Assembly (NCBI RefSeq): GCF_044704955.1
Contig: NC_092010.1
Location: 34,348,001 to 34,412,000, forward strand
Direction of reading: 5' to 3'
DNA length: 64,000 nucleotides
Source of the DNA: Pristiophorus japonicus
Lineage: Eukaryota
Shown: positions 11,901 to 23,900 of the stretch, piece by piece
How positions within the stretch are numbered: the first letter of the stretch is position 1
Layout of the letters: every line of letters begins with the position of its first letter
Notes under the pieces: generated by a model
What the model saw: only the letters and a program-made list of their open reading frames with translations
Told to the model about the DNA's origin: nothing
Database searches by the model: none
Made by a program: the position numbers and the translations under genes

Positions 11901-14900
11901 CCAATGTAACCCCACTTTTTAAAAAAGGAGGGAGAGAGAAAACAGGGAATTATAGACCGGTCAGCCTGACATCGGTAGTGGGTAAAATGATGGAATCAAT
12001 TATTAAGGATGTCATAGCAGTGCATTTGGAAAGAGGTGACATGATAGGTCCAAGTCAGCATGGATTTGTGAAAGGGAAATCATGCTTGACAAATCTTCTG
12101 GAATTTTTTGAGGATGTTTCCAGTAGAGTGGATAAGGGAGAACCAGTTGATGTGGTATATTTGGACTTTCAGAAGGCGTTCGACAAGGTCCCACACAAGA
12201 GATTGATGTGCAAAGTTAGAGCACATGGGATTGGGGGTAGTGTACTGACATGGATTGAGAACTGGTTGTCAGACAGGAAGCAAAGAGTAGGAGTAAATGG
12301 AGACTTTTCAGAATGGCAGGCAGTGACTAGTGGGGTACCGCAAGGTTCTGTGCTGGGGCCCCAGCTGTTTACACTGTACATTAATGATTTAGATGAGGGG
12401 ATTAAATGTAGTATCTCCAAATTTGCGGATGACACTAAGTTGGGTGGCAGTGTGAGCTGCGAGGAGGATGCTGTGAGGCTGCAGAGCGACTTGGATAGGT
12501 TAGGTGAGTGGGCAAATGCATGGCAGATGAAGTATAATGTGGATAAATGTGAGGTTATCCACTTTGGTGGTAAAAACAGAGAGACAGACTATTATCTGAA
12601 TGGTGACAGATTAGGAAAAGGGAAGGTGCAAAGAGACCTGGGTGTCATGGTACATCAGTCATTGAAGGTTGGCATGCAGGTGCAGCAGGCGGTTAAGAAA
12701 GCAAATGGCATGTTGGCCTTCATAGCAAGGGGATTTGAGTACAGGGGCAGGGAGGTGTTGCTACAGTTGTACAGGGCATTGGTGAGGCCACACCTGGAGT
12801 ATTGTGTACAGTTTTGGTCTCCTAACCTGAGGAAGGACATTCTTGCTATTGAGGGAGTGCAGCGAAGGTTCACCAGACTGATTCCCGGGATGGCGGGACT
12901 GACCTATCAAGAAAGACTGGATCAACTGGGCTTGTATTCACTGGAGTTCAGAAGAATGAGAGGGGACCTCATAGAAACATATAAAATTCTGACGGGGTTA
13001 GACAGGTTAGATGCAGGAAGAATGTTCCCAATGTTGGGGAAGTCCAGAACCAGGGGTCACAGTCTAAGGATAAGGGGTAAGCCATTTAGGACCGAGATGC
13101 GGAGGAACTTCTTCACCCAGAGAGTGGTGAACCTGTGGAATTCTCTACCACAGAAAGTTGTTGAGGCCAATTCACTAAATATATTCAAAAAGGAGTTAGA
13201 TGAAGTCCTTACTGCTAGGGGGATCAAGGGGTATGGTGAGAAAGCAGGAATGGGGTACTGAAGTTGAATGTTCAGCCATGAACTCATTGAATGGCGGTGC
13301 AGGCTAGAAGGGCCGAATGGCCTACTCCTGCACCTATTTTCTATGTTTCTATGTTTCTATATCGGGTAATGTAGAACACTGCAACATCAATGCCAGTGCG
13401 TCATGGGCTGGGAGGGTGCAAGTTTGTATTTCTTTTCCTCCTGGGGGTGGAGGGAGATGGTAACGGAAAATCATTTTCTCTGTTCGCTATTTGTAGTGAA
13501 GTCTTTTTCGTATTTCACAACAAATACTGAACAGAGAAATCTCTGCTGTCACTGAGTGGCTGCTCTGTGTGGGTAGTGTTCCATCAAGGTCATTTACATG
13601 TCCACGGGGAAGGTGAAAGTCACTCTATGTTCATTTAATGCGATTCCTAGCTGCCACTTCCCCAGCAGCATTGATACAGGCATCCCTGTCTCAGCGTTTG
13701 TGTGTGTATCTCTCCCTTTTTTGTTCTCTCTTCCCCTCCTTTTTTCTCTTTTCCCTCCCTCTTTTTTCTTCCTCCCCCCTTTTCTCTCTTGTTCTCCCCT
13801 TTACTCCCTCCTTCACCTCCCTCCATTCCCTCCTCTCTCCTGCTTTTCGCTCCCTTGCTCTCCCCTTTTTACACACTTCTTCTCTATCTTTTTCTCCCTG
13901 TCCCACTCTCTCTCCCCTTGTCTCCCTCCCTCGCTCCCCCCTTTTCACTCCTTTCTTCCCATCCTCTTTTTTTTCTCCCTCGTCCCTTTTTATCCATCCC
14001 TCACCTCCTGCTCTCCCTCTTTTACTCCCGCGATGCCCCTCTCTTTTCCTTTTTTTTCTCCCTCTCTCCTCCTCTTTCTCTCTCCAAAGCCTTCCCAATT
14101 TTCTTCTCTCTGCTGAATGTACCGACCGGCCTCTTGCTGGGTTACAGCTCCAAAAGGCACTGGCAACCCTCAACTACCCCATCCAAATGGCAACTGTTAC
14201 ATGAAAGACAGGCAAATTGTCCATTATGCGTGATTATAAATGGTCATCACATGCTAAACCAAGTTTCTTTCACTGAGGATGATAAATATAAGATGATAGA
14301 TCCAGTGAGGAGTTCAGTGGAGACTTCTTTGCCCACAGAGTGGTGGGGTTGGGGGGGGGGGGTGCTTGCTGCCACGGGGATTGGCTGAGGCGAGGGACAT
14401 GGATGCCTTTAGGGGACGCTAGATAGCTGCATGGAGGAGAAGGGAATATGCTAATAGGCTGAGATGAAGTAGGGTGGGAGTTGATGTAGAAGTTCAGCCA
14501 TGATCTTATTGAATGGCGGAGCAGGCTCGAAGGGCCATATGGTCTAATCCTGCTCCTATTTCTTATGTTCTTGACCTGGCAGCAGGGGTGGGGGGGGGGG
14601 GCGGGGGGGAGGGATGCAGTGGGGAGGTGAGGAAGAGACGTCACAGCCAAACCCAATCTGCCCTCTCCCAATGTCTACAGACATTGTTGGGTCAGGGGAG
14701 AGCGCTACAGGGTCACTGAGGGCTATTGTAGTGTGCCTATTTCCACCCTGGCTGAAAACAGATCACTCAGCACTGAACAGGGATCAAACCTGGCTGGAAC
14801 CTCGTCTGTATGAATCTCAGTACCTCACTGAGCTGGGTATCTACTCACTAAGCCATTGGGGGAGCCACTTTTGTACCCTATAGCTCCAGAGACCACAACC

Positions 14901-17900
14901 TTTTTTTTTGCAGCTATCAGAATTAAACAGCCACAAGTCTGGACTTCATAAGTTTACTGTATTAAATCATCTTGTAAGTTTGGAATGCTACTGAAGCTGA
15001 AGCGTTTAAGAGTTAAAACATGGGAATTCATTGGCGATGAGGAGTGAGGTGATAATTGGATTCAGTGTTAGAAACTACCATTAGCACATTAAAAAGGTGT
15101 GTACAGAATCAAGCTACCATCAGCGCATATAAAGAAGATGCAGAACGTCTTCAGAACCTTCTAGAAGAGCATAGTGAGAAAGAAAGTCCATATTTAGTCA
15201 ACTGCCTGTAATCTCCCTTCTTTCGGAGGCACTTCAAAAGCTGTATTTAATAACAGTAAACCAATATCAAATTTACTTGGTGTGTAACCAGTTAAACCCC
15301 GACATCTTCCTTATTTCTTCCCAAAATAGTCCCATTGCTGTCGGTATGAATGTCAATTTTAAAGCTTCATGAGTTCAAAATTGTATACACAGGTGACCGA
15401 GATCTCTCAAACAGTTTTATCAACAGACTGATCTATGTTACTAATTCAGATATAGAGATTTACAGCAGAAATACTTTAAGCCTATCTGTGAAAATGGCTC
15501 AGAGATCTAAAGCTATAACTAAATAAAAATTAAATCAATTTTGGGAGCAGCAACATATCTAACGCAATGTTCTGCCAAAATCCATCCCTCAATCAACACC
15601 TCTAAAAACAGATTACATGATCATTATCTCATCATTATTTGTGGGAGCTTGCTGTGCGCAAATTGGCTGCCGCGTTTCCCACATTACAAAAGTGACTACA
15701 CTTCAAAACCATTTCCTTGGCTGTGAAGCGCTTTGGGATAGCCTGAGGTCATGATCGACGCTATATAAATGTTCTTCTTTTTTCTTCTAAGCCCCGTCAG
15801 CCGTGGCTCAGTGGGTAGCACCCTTGTCTCTGAGTGAGAAGGTTGAAGATTTAAGTCCCACTCCAGAGGCTTGAGCACAAAAATCTAGGCTGACACTCCA
15901 GTGCAGTGCTGAGGTACTGTGGCACTGTCAGAGGTGCCGTCTTTCGGAAGAGATGTTAAACCGAGGCCCTGTCTGCTCTCTCAGGTGGGCATAAAAGATC
16001 CGATGGCACTATTTCGAAGAGCAGGAGAGTTCTCCCTGGTGTCCTGGCCAATATTTATCACTAAAACCAATTATCAGGTAATTATCACATTGCTGTTTGT
16101 AGAAGCTTGTTGTGCATAAATTGGCTACCATGTTTCCTACAGTACAGCAGTGACTACACTTAAAAAAGTATAGCGCTTTGGGACGTCCGGTGGTCGTGAA
16201 AGGCGCTATATAAATGCAAGTCTTTCTCTTCTTTTTCTTCTTTCTTTCTCACCCTAAATGTCTGCTTACTAGGGGCACCAGCTTGCACCTTGCTGGGGTA
16301 TGGGAGAATGTGCAGTGGCGTCATCAGTCAGAGTCGCCTATACTTCCAGGCAGCCAGTTATCCTTCCTGCCTTCGACTTCAAAGCTATGACATGTTTGAT
16401 TGCCTCAAAATGAAAGCATCATGCACACAGCCATGGCCGCCTGCATTGATGTGCATTATTTTCAGCTTTGGTTGCATGTCTTTTACACTTTGCTGGAATA
16501 ATAGAAAGCACATGCATATAGCACTTTTCACATCTTCAAGATGTCCCAAAGTGCTTCACAGCAAATGAATCACTTTTGAAGTGCTGTTATGCAGGTAAAT
16601 GCAGCAATCTGTACGCAGCAATACCCCACAAAAGGCAAATGAGATGAATGAGCATGTTTTTCTTGTGTGGTGCCTGAGGAAGGAATACGGGAATAGGAAG
16701 GACACCAAGTAAACACCATATATTCCTTCAAACAGTGCATCAAATATTTTACTGGCAGATAGGGCCAGTTTAACATGTGATCTGAAAGGCATCTCCAAAA
16801 ATGCAGCACCGCACTCAAATATCAACCTAGATTGAAGCTGTAGTTGGGCTTGAATCCACAACCCTCTAAGCTTAGAGGGGAGAGCATTACCGTGTGAGTC
16901 AAGCTGACACAAGCAGTAAACCTGCTGCCAGGGGGCAGGTCCTAGTGCAAATCCTATATTTTGTGTACTCCTCTCCATCTACTGTCACCACTAAAAACCT
17001 GGCATAAGCCAATGCACCCATGGAATGGGAATGAAAACTCCTCTGCTTGTATATTGATATAAAAATCTGCCTCCTTGTTAAGCCGCTTGACACTCAGCAT
17101 TATCTGCTGTTAAATACTTTTTGACAACCCAATAGTGCACGAGTTCCCCTTGATTGGCCTAGAACAAGACTTTAACAAGCGTAAAAATGCTTTCCACTGG
17201 GATGTGGTAATCAGTGGCGGCTGGTGATCTTTTTGGCAGCCGAGACACACGCTTTATGTGTCTAACCAAGCCAGCTTGTCACCATGGTTACGGACCGTTC
17301 GCATATGTGCACTGCCTTTAAACGCATGCACAGCGAAGTCGGAACGGAACTCTCGTCACCCCGAGAAGTTAAAAGGGTAAAAAAAAATCTGAAAAGCAGG
17401 CAGTTTTGCAAATGGTCTTCCGGCTGCAAATTGCAGTTTTGCGCATGGAAAATTCTGAAACAGAGATTGTTTTTTCTCCCCCCCCCAAGTGTGTGCCATT
17501 GCGCCGTGATTTGAGGTCTGACCACTCTAGGTGAAGCATCTGACCAGCCCCCTCTAGTGCAGACGTGTGTTAAATACCGGCACGTGGGAGGGTGAACTTC
17601 CGCAAGGTTCTCCCGCTTGTCTGCCCTAAATTTGGTGGCAGAGCCGCGGAAACCTCGGAAAAAGGGCATTAATGGTGTTTATGCAGTTTTTCTGGGGTTT
17701 CTGCGGCTCACAGGAGCTCACCGCCATAGTTGTTGGGTGTTTTCTGCCCAGATTCCCTCCATGCGGCAATTTCTAATAGTCCGATCTATTTATTGAACAG
17801 AAGGTTTGGCCCCAAGGTGTTAATGGAGCATCCTCAGTTTGGAGTGGTGTTGGTCGCGTTTCATTTTGTTGTTATTCAAAACAAGCTGTTTCAGGAGATT

Positions 17901-20900
17901 GGGAGAATACAAATGTCAAATTGTCCAACTTTATATGTCGGCTGTGTTCAACGTATTCAGCCCCGGTATGGAAAATAATGCTGCAGAGCAAGGAACTAAT
18001 CTGACTTTGCAGCTTTTGTGAATGATAATCTAACAGCTTTTCTAGAAACCTGTGTCTTGGAACTATGGAGTACGGCTAAGGGTGAAGTATAAATGCATAA
18101 ATGTCTAAAGAAAAAGGTACTAACATACTTGGTATTTGTTCTGATTCCCTCCTTAACCCCTCTTTAACTGGCTGGGATTAGGTTTCTCAGCTGACCGTCA
18201 CATGAAAAAGATCAGTTGAAGATTTTGGGAGGCATGTGATGTGAATGTTCTCAGCAGGGATCTCACTGCATCACAATGTGCAGAGATGGAATCCATCACA
18301 TGCCTCAACAGCCCGATGCTTCTTCAGGCAAAAGAACCTAAACACATAAACTGTGGGAATTAACGCTTTTAGAACAGAGTAAGAATGAAAATAACTTTTG
18401 AGAAAAATAATCCTTTGCTCATGCAAGACAATTTCAATTTAAAATTAACTATGGGTCAGTTCACTGAATATATTCAAAAAGGAGTTAGATGAAGTCCTTA
18501 CTACTAGGGGAATCAAGGGGTATGGTGAGAAAGCAGGAATGGGGTACTGAAGTTGCATGTTCAGCCATGAACTCATTGAATGGCGGTGCAGGCTAGAAGG
18601 GCCGAATGGCCTACTCCTGCACCTATTTTCTATGTTTCTAATTAGTCAAAAACAAACAACATTTGGGGCTGGATTTTCCGGTCCTTTGCGCTCAGGGTTT
18701 CGCTGCGGAGCGGCGTGAAAGGCGGTGGTGAGGTCTCCTGTGCTCCACTGCGATCCTCGGGTCGGATTTAGCGGAGGCGCTGAGCAGCACCGCCGGGAAG
18801 AGCTACGGCGGGTGGACAACGCCTCTGGTTGCGACACCGGCACAAGTTTTGAGTCTTGTCCGATCTGTCCGCCCGGAAGTGTGCCCGCAATGACCGCCTG
18901 GGAAACCAGAGCGGTCCAGCCATCCCGGCGGCGGAGAGGAAGGTAACGGCTCCAAAGGTAAGTGCGAGTGTTTTTTGTATTTAATTTTTGTGCGATTTGT
19001 GTTGTGGTGGCGAGGGCAATGTTTTCGGAATGTTTTGCTTTTTTTTAGGGATTCCCCCCCCCACAGGCCTCTCTCGGAGCGCACACGGGGCCCGGCACTT
19101 TAGTTGGCAAGTTTCCCATCCTCGCGCCACAAAAAGTGTACAACGCCTCCCTTTGCGCTGCGCCCCCGGACGCAGGGCCCAGATGCCCAAACTTACCTAC
19201 TTAGGCGCAAACTATTCCCGGCCGGTAACTTTCTCGCCCCGCCTCCGTTTTCGCCCCGAAAACAGAAAAGCCCAAAATCTAGCCCCTGGATTGTGTTTGG
19301 ATGGTGGTGGCCTGGCGGGGTGAATTTCGGGAGGGTTTCCCTCGCCTCTTGTCTGGGACTGTTGCCGATTCATTGATAGAGATCGAGTGCTATGATTAGT
19401 TAACAACTCGTTGTATCACATGACTACCAGGATGGGAGAAGGCGAACTAGATGGACTGTGGTCTTTTTTTCTTCGAGGTTAAATTGTTGAAGTAGAGCAG
19501 TATGCAATACTGTGGCTTTAATGTCTTTTTGTGGTTTGGCCTTTTGACAGGGTCTCCGAATGATGGACGCAGAAGGAACAAAGAGGACTCTTCTTCTAGG
19601 CGATTACCTGGCTACAAGTCCTGGAATTCAGAACGTTATCCCATTTGGAAGGCCGGGGACCCCAGGTGGCACGACTGTTGGAAAGGTGAGAATGTGAGCC
19701 TGGATTATGTTACATGTTCTGATTCTCTCTTAATTATATTGATTTGTGAAAATTAGTAGATACTAGGATGCTTGGGTGAAGCTGGCTTGAACAAATCAGA
19801 ATACAACCCTCCTCACAGGGCTACAGGTCCCTAGGATAATTCTTTTAATCCTAAATCAAGCCAAGCCTTATCAGTATGGTAGGAAATCCATTATGTAAAG
19901 TAGGCTACCCCTATTCTGCTTCATTTCTCCTTTTATACTCCTGACTGCATTTCCCATCCAAGCAGCACCCTACCCCACTGACTGTATTTCTCATACCACA
20001 ATGCCTGGCTGTTCTATGCCTCAATGCCTCCACCTTTACTAATCTGAATTCCCTTTCCTCTGTGCTCACTCCTCTCTCCCTTCTCTATCACTGTTGCTCC
20101 TTCCTGTCTCTATAACCTCCTTCAGCCCTACAACCCTCCAAGAGCTCTGTGTTCCTGCAACTGACCCCTTGTGCATCCCCCACTTCCTTTGCTCCACCAT
20201 TGGCAGCCGTGCTTTCAGCTCTGGAATTCCCTCCCTAAACCTCTCTGTCTCTCTATCTCCCTCTCCTCCTGCAAGAGGTTCTTTAAAACCTACCTTTTCT
20301 GTCCTAATATCTCTTTATGTGGCTCGATGTCAAATTTTATTTCATCACGCTCCTGTGAAAGGCCTTGGGACGTTTTACTAGGTTAAAAGCACTGTATCAA
20401 TGCAAGTTGTTGATATTTCAGGCTGCTTACACTAATAGAGCTTGGTGTTCTGATTTAGAATTTAAACAACAATGAGATAACAGCGCTTAAAAATTGTTTC
20501 CAAAACTCCAGGTGTACAACATTCAAAAGGGACAAAGCAGTGAATAAGAAGCACAAGCACAAATAAGAATTAGGTGCCTGGTTTTGCATGTAGGCCACAG
20601 TTGGTGCCCCATGTTCTCAATTTGTCACATAACGTTACATTGGCAGTAGCTTTGGAATCCTCAGACCACTCACCATTTTTAATATAACAATAGATTCCCA
20701 GAAGATTTATACAATTTTAATACTACTGTCAAGTTTCTGTTTTGGTGTCGACATTCCAAAACGTCATCTTGTAGCTAAAACATCTGAGGTCTCGTGCATC
20801 AGAGGAATAGATTCCGGGATCTGTACAAAGGAGGGTCTATTGTTGCTTTTAATAAAGAATTGATGGGGACTTAAGTTAATTTGTAAGTATGCAAACAATT

Positions 20901-23900
20901 CCAAGTTCAAGTTTGAAGTATTCTAACAATTGAATGTTGAATTTAGCACAATCCAGAATATTAGTTCTGAAGCAAATCAATATGGACACTGCTATTTTGT
21001 TAATTTCTTGAGCACTTGCTGAAATTGCCCTGAACTCACGGGTTAACAGTATTATGAAGATTAAGATTCTAATAGGATAATATTCATTCTGTTTGCAAAC
21101 AAGTGTTCCATCAGTAACTTACACAACAGCTACTTCTTGGTTTAGGGATAAGTACTGCGTACAGTTTTGATCTCCTTATTTAAGGAGGGATTTACAGGTT
21201 GAACCTCCCTTATCCGGAACCTTCGGGACCTGGCCTTTTCTGGATAAGGGATTTTTCCGGACGAGGGGTGGTCACGTTAAATTGGATGGTATAGATACTG
21301 AACAAGGGGATATCGGGGCTGGCTGGCTTGGGGCTGGGAGTACGGCAGAGAGATCGTGGGGGGGGTGGATCGCGGGGTCAGGCCAGCGATTGCGGGAGTC
21401 GGCAGCGAGGAAGGACTTCAATTTGTTCATGTCGGAGTTCTACACATACGCCACCTGATGGCCGGGAATGGTTCTGGACGAGGGGTGGTTCCAGATAAGG
21501 GAGTTCTGGATAAGGGAGGTTCAACCTGTACTTGCATTGGACGCAGTTCAGAGAGGGTTCACAAGATTGATTCCTGAGATGAAGGGGTTGTCCTATGAAT
21601 AAAGGTTCAGCAGGTTGGACCTATATTCATTGGAGTTTAGAAGAAAGAGAGGTGATCTTATTAAAGTGTATAAGATTCTCAGGGGGCTTGACAGGGTAGA
21701 TGCAGAGAGGATGTTTCACCTTGTGGGGGAATCCAGAACTAGGAGGCATAGTCTCAGAATAAGGAGTCGCCCATTTAAAACGGAAATGAGGAGGAATTTC
21801 TTCTCTCAGAGGATCGTGAGTCTTTGGAATTCTCTGCCCCAGAGAGCTGTGGAGGCTGGGCCATTGAATATATTTAAGGTGGAGATAGACGAATTTTTGA
21901 GAGAGGGGAGTCAAGGGTTATGGGGAGCGGACAGGGAAGTGGAGTTAAGGCCAAGATCAGATCAGCCATGATCTTATTGAATGGCGGAGCAGGCTCGAGG
22001 GGCCAGATGGCCTACTCCTGCTCCGATTTCTTATGTTCTTATGTAGCCAAGGCCGACTGGCTTGCCTATAAATAACCTACGTGTTTAAGTGCTGCCCGCT
22101 CAGATTGTTTTTCTCATTCACAGGAGGACCAATTTCACTTGAAGTTAACAACGATGCCCCCACCTTAATTGGTGCTAAATCCACCTTCTACATCAGCTTG
22201 AAATTCCCAAGGAATCAGACCATCCAGTCTGATGGAAAGATTGTTTGGGCTGAAAACTGTACTCTGAATGGTAAGGATGAAAAGGCTCGTAATCTTTAGC
22301 CCAATAAAGAGCTGAGGATGACCAGCAGCATTTCTAACATTGACAGGATTTTAAATGGCTTGGCCAGTCAGAATGATACCAGGGCTTAAAGGGTTAAATT
22401 ATGCGGACAGGTTGCATCGACTAGGCTTGTGTTTCCTTGAGTACAGAAGATTAACGGCTAAGACCAAAAGTGCAGGAAATCCCCAAGTTTAAATATCGTC
22501 AGTGAGATCACAAAGTGGTGATTAGTTGCCAGTTAAATTCTGAGGCCAGGTTGCGTAGACTAGGCTTGCATTCCTTTGAGTATAGAAGATTCAGGCGTGA
22601 TCTAATTGAGGTGTTTAAGGTGATTCAAGCATTTGATAGGGTGGATACAGAGAAACAATTTACTCTGGTGGGGGAGTCCAGAACAAGGGGGCATTAACTT
22701 AAAATTAGAGCTAGGCCGTTCAGGGGCAAAGTTAGGAAGCACTTCTTCCCACAAAGGGTGGTGGAAATCTGGAACTCTCTCTTTGAAAAAGCCAGGGGCC
22801 AATTGAAAATATAAAAACTGAGATTGATAGATTTTTGTTAGGCAAGGGTATTAAGGGATATGGAACCAAATGTAGTTAAAATACAGATCAGCCATGATCT
22901 CACTGAATGGCAGAACAGACACGAGGGGCTGAATGGCCTCCTCCTGTTCCTATTTGCTTTAACTTTTATCGCTCCAAGCTTCAACTTTGGGTACTTCAGC
23001 ACATGCCAGGTCTCTCTAGAAACAGGAACAAGAAGACACGATTCAGCTGTAAAACAGACGCATTGAGAGAGCTATCTGAAGTTCATACTGAAACGTTTGG
23101 ATTGCCTATCCAGTGTGCTACTGTTTTTGTTTAAAGATTTTACTCAACAATTAAATGGGAAATGAATCACGAGCAGAAGAGGCCAAGGACTAAGTTCCTA
23201 ATTTAATTGAGTTCATGGCATTCACTGTGTGCGCCAGGAGCGCTGAAGTGGAAAATCCCACTCATATGAACGTATCATATTTGGTGTTATTTTGTGTGTG
23301 GGGCATTATGAACTTGCCTGTTTATATCCTACAGATACACAGGTGACTGCTGGAGAGCCAGTGTATCCCAATGATACATTGCAGCACGCTGACGAGGTGT
23401 TTCCAGATGGAAAGCCCTTTCCAAGGCTCTCTAAGAAGAAAGGATCCAAATTTATCTTTGTGTGGCAAACACTGGGTACGAATACTTTAACTTACTTGGC
23501 TTTTTAAGAAGGAATTATGTCAGATCTCCATTTCAGCAAGGGTTGGGCAATTGAGATGAATGCCGCACGTTGTAGTGCAGCGAGGCTGAGGCTCGACTAT
23601 TCATTACAGGATTTTTAATTAATCACCAGGCTGATCACTGTTTGGCAACATAAATGCTATTTGATAAAGGACATATAAATGCATATTATACAAAAATGAT
23701 GGATTTTATTGAAGGAATGAGTTGGGAATGATTAACAAGCATTCATTGAGTGCAAGAAATGTAAGACTGTTAAAAATGAATTGAGTCCTCGGATACATGT
23801 ACAGGTCTAAAATGTGTGAAATATGCAATTCTGGGCACAATGGTTTCTAAAGGAGATGTTCAGAGAACAAAGACTGCAGGACTCACAATAATTTGAGAAC

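Noticed and set aside
13598-14388. Hydrophobic or Arg/Glu-rich ORFs
   Set aside because: Translations of a low-complexity polypyrimidine tract.
15798-15870. tRNA gene
   Set aside because: A/B-box-like head continues into a SINE body found many times in the window; no full cloverleaf.
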